Origin: Nitrospina sp. | GTDB lineage: Bacteria > Nitrospinota > Nitrospinia > Nitrospinales > VA-1 | Assembly (NCBI GenBank): GCA_018702695.1 | Contig: JABIYR010000158.1 | Coordinates: 2,541 to 66,540 of the forward strand | DNA: 64,000 bases | Direction: 5' to 3' | Shown: piece by piece, positions 61,995 through 64,000 of the stretch | How positions within the stretch are numbered: position 1 is the stretch's first letter | Layout of the letters: each line of letters starts with the position of its first letter | Notes under the pieces: generated by a model | What the model was told of the DNA's origin: nothing | What the model saw: only the letters and a program-made list of their open reading frames with translations | Databases searched by the model: none | Program-made: the position numbers and the translations under genes

Positions 61995-62381
61995 ATGGGA
62001 GAAGATAAGAGAGGTTTTCCACGTTCGTTGGTTGAAATGGTCGTTAAGATTCAGGTTGATAACAAATGGGTTGAATGTGAGGTTCTTGATCTTTCGGTCG
62101 AAGGCATCTCATTGGAAGTGGGGCAGTCGCTTGATATGGGCGCACAAATTGACCTGGAACTGGAGCATGGAGAATCAATGAAGAAAAATCAGGTACGAGC
62201 TGAGGTGCTTCGGTGTGACAGCAACCCAGGAGAAAGCAACCCAGAAAGATATCATGTGGTGGCAAGGCTGATCGAACCAAATGATGAATACCTAATGGGT
62301 GCTTTAGCATTGGTTCATGGTGATGGCCCGAAGCAAGACCGACGAAACACTGTATACGGAAAGAGAGATGATGGAAGATAA
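61995..62381 (+). CDS. PilZ-domain (c-di-GMP binding) protein
   Basis: 128 aa with RxxxR (RGFPR) at aa 6-10 and DxSxxG (DLSVEG) about 23 residues later. RBS is GGGGAG. Confidence 0.8.
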   Translation: MGEDKRGFPRSLVEMVVKIQVDNKWVECEVLDLSVEGISLEVGQSLDMGAQIDLELEHGESMKKNQVRAEVLRCDSNPGESNPERYHVVARLIEPNDEYLMGALALVHGDGPKQDRRNTVYGKRDDGR

Positions 62382-62793
62382 TACCCTGTTGCAAGAAGTT
62401 GGTGGCAAGCCCATTTTGGAGAAGGTACATAAACTTTTTTACGATAAACTTTACGAGCATCCTTGGCTCAAGAAATTTTTCCTGCATATTGATCAAAAAC
62501 TCATTGAAAACCAGCAGACCGATTTCATGATTTCCAATATGGGTGGGGGAAAAATATACTCCGGCGGTATGCCCAAGAATGTTCATCGGCATATGTATAT
62601 CACAGAAGAGCTGTTTGACCTGCGAACCCAGATTTTGAGAGAATCTATCCTCGCCTGTGGTGTGCGAGAAGAGTTGGCTGACCGATGGATTCGCATCGAC
62701 TCGGCGTTTAAACATTCTCTGGTCAAACCCAGTGTTGATAAATGTGAAAAACGTTACTTCACCGATGAAATTTTAAATTTCCCCAAACCTTAA
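62368..62793 (+). CDS. truncated haemoglobin (bacterial-like globin, trHb family)
   Basis: The tracked ORF starts at 62317. I prefer ATGATG at 62368, after AAGAGAG. The sequence LLQEVGGKPILEKVHKLFYDKLYEHPWLKKFF...QTDFMISNMGGGKIYSGG...HRHMYITEELFD fits trHb helices B-E-F, including the proximal His context. Confidence 0.75.
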   Translation: MMEDNTLLQEVGGKPILEKVHKLFYDKLYEHPWLKKFFLHIDQKLIENQQTDFMISNMGGGKIYSGGMPKNVHRHMYITEELFDLRTQILRESILACGVREELADRWIRIDSAFKHSLVKPSVDKCEKRYFTDEILNFPKP

Positions 62794-62961
62794 ACCTTCC
62801 TAGGTTTAGAGGTAATGTCTCAAACAATTTTTATTTCCGCTTCGTTATAATGGGCCTCTCTGCTCGCCCCGGCTAATAAATAAGTTTCATTTATACGAGG
62901 TGAGTTGTGAAAGTCTTCGCAAAAGCGAGGCGATATAATCTATTCCGCAAGGAGGCATTGC

Positions 62962-63708
62962 GTGCAGGCACAGGCTGGAGTTTTAAATCTTCCCAGAAAA
63001 CATAGTTTGGTTCAGGTCTATACCTTTGAAGACTTGCCATTGATCACCATGAATGTGGCGAGAATTGGGGCGCAAACCCCCGGCATGGCTTCAGAAATTG
63101 CAGGCGATGAAAATCATTTTGCCACCGTCGGGTTCGGCCCGATGACTTGGATCTGGCTCACACCCGATAAACCTGTGCCCGGAGGCTTCCGTGCATTTGA
63201 TGAAACCGAGGTTGCAGGGCAAGACGTACCTGAAACAGAAGGGGATATCTTGCTTTACTTTTCTTCCGACCATGCTGATTTAAATCGTGAGCTGGCAAAC
63301 CAAGTCGGTCAACTGTTTGGCAATGATGGCGAGCTTATAGAAGAGGTGGTGGCAGAACATTGTAGCCAACCAACACTGAGCGATAATTTCGCAGAAAATG
63401 TTTTGATTGATGCTTCCACTAATCTTGATACGGAACAAAGTAGTTTTGTGCTCACCCAACACTTTCAAGGGGAGGAGGACATTCCTGCAAACCATTATCA
63501 AACCAGCTTCACCTGCAAAACCGACCGTTATACCCTGACCTATAGCAATAACCCCGATGAACTGGAGGCGCATAGCGATAACGTCTCTCGCCCACCGAAA
63601 TCACGCGGCTTGTTTATCATCCCCTCCCTCGACCTGTTGACCAGCCTGAGAATGGGCGGTATCCGCATGGGCTCTCTTGCTATCAACGCTAAATGGAAAG
63701 GGCACTAG
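62962..63708 (+). CDS. divergent DyP-type peroxidase-like protein (short, canonical GxxDG motif not evident)
   Basis: 248 aa from GTG with a strong RBS (AAGGAGG). N-terminal QAGVL..., mid FVLTQHFQ and C-terminal GLFIIPSLDLLTSL resemble E. coli YfeX blocks (QSGIL, YVFVQRWEH, GYYFAPSLDKLMAL) as I recall them. Confidence 0.45.
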   Translation: MQAQAGVLNLPRKHSLVQVYTFEDLPLITMNVARIGAQTPGMASEIAGDENHFATVGFGPMTWIWLTPDKPVPGGFRAFDETEVAGQDVPETEGDILLYFSSDHADLNRELANQVGQLFGNDGELIEEVVAEHCSQPTLSDNFAENVLIDASTNLDTEQSSFVLTQHFQGEEDIPANHYQTSFTCKTDRYTLTYSNNPDELEAHSDNVSRPPKSRGLFIIPSLDLLTSLRMGGIRMGSLAINAKWKGH

Positions 63709-63871
63709 CTTGGCAGGGAAATAACGGCTGGCGGTCTCTCTGCTATCGAGTCGAAAAATTCCCCATTCAAATTAAATTATTGGTTGACCTGAATATGTAT
63801 GGATGTCAGTATTGTGGCCAGCCTAGATGAATAGAATACTTCACGTATGCCAATAAAATTGGAGGTTTAGC

Positions 63872-64000
63872 ATGGCCAGTATCCCCACCATAACTAGCAA
63901 GAGGATTGCTTCTGTCGTCCCTAAATTTAAAAAGATCTTAGAGCAGGCTCGCGAACGAGACGTAAACGAATCGGATACAGTAACAATCATCACAGATATT
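63872..64000 (+). CDS. partial CDS (first 43 codons); N-terminus resembles HsdR_N-type (restriction-enzyme N-terminal, PD-(D/E)xK-like) domain proteins
   Basis: ATG at 63872 is preceded by GGAGG. It reads MASIPTITSKRIASVVPKFKKILEQARERDVNESDTVTIITDI and is open to the window end. The NE-x-DT-V motif recalls HSDR_N_2 proteins. Confidence 0.4.
   Translation, partial: MASIPTITSKRIASVVPKFKKILEQARERDVNESDTVTIITDI

Noticed and set aside
62044-62715. 223-aa minus-strand ORF spanning the PilZ and globin genes
   Set aside because: It lies antisense to two ORFs with clear family motifs (RxxxR/DxSxxG; trHb helices). Its translation is His/Cys/Leu-rich with no motif, so it is a shadow ORF.

Overview
Densely coding 64-kb chromosomal segment with about 55 protein genes. 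GC is roughly mid-40s % by eye. I found no rRNA, tRNA, CRISPR array, transposase or prophage module. The housekeeping backbone comprises ligA, dnaE, ilvD, mutM, hrcA-grpE, argB, xerC-hslVU, two tandem HtrA proteases, a DEAD-box helicase and an Hda-like protein. Interleaved with it are genes typical of a reductive-TCA autotroph: a non-classical SdhA/SdhB plus CCG-domain subunit (type-E-like succinate dehydrogenase/fumarate reductase, 13.2-16.7 kb), a DASS transporter, and a two-subunit ATP-citrate lyase (57.7-61.8 kb). An orphan EB_dh/NxrC-like haem lipoprotein is also present, so a Nitrospinota/Nitrospirota-like origin is possible but is inference only. Most noteworthy findings: (1) an operon directly upstream of acl encoding a 750-aa ATP-grasp::FMN-dependent 2-hydroxyacid dehydrogenase fusion with a CxxCxxCxxxxC linker, followed by an HpcH/CitE-like lyase. 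(2) An AclA-like large subunit of 904 aa, about 300 aa longer than I expect. (3) A lower-GC accessory stretch (45.5-49.0 kb) next to a comM gene broken by an in-frame TGA. It carries an Mrr-cat nuclease with a large unknown N-terminal domain, a voltage-sensor ion channel with a non-canonical pore filter and C-terminal CPxC, and a PHP phosphoesterase. (4) A lipoprotein gene whose proper ATG/RBS/signal peptide is one base out of frame across a T6 run. (5) A PilZ/truncated-globin/degenerate Dyp-like cluster. (6) Three GT-C type membrane glycosyltransferases, one in an operon with an acyl-adenylate ligase and an SGNH hydrolase. All family assignments rest on motif recognition by eye; no database search was run.
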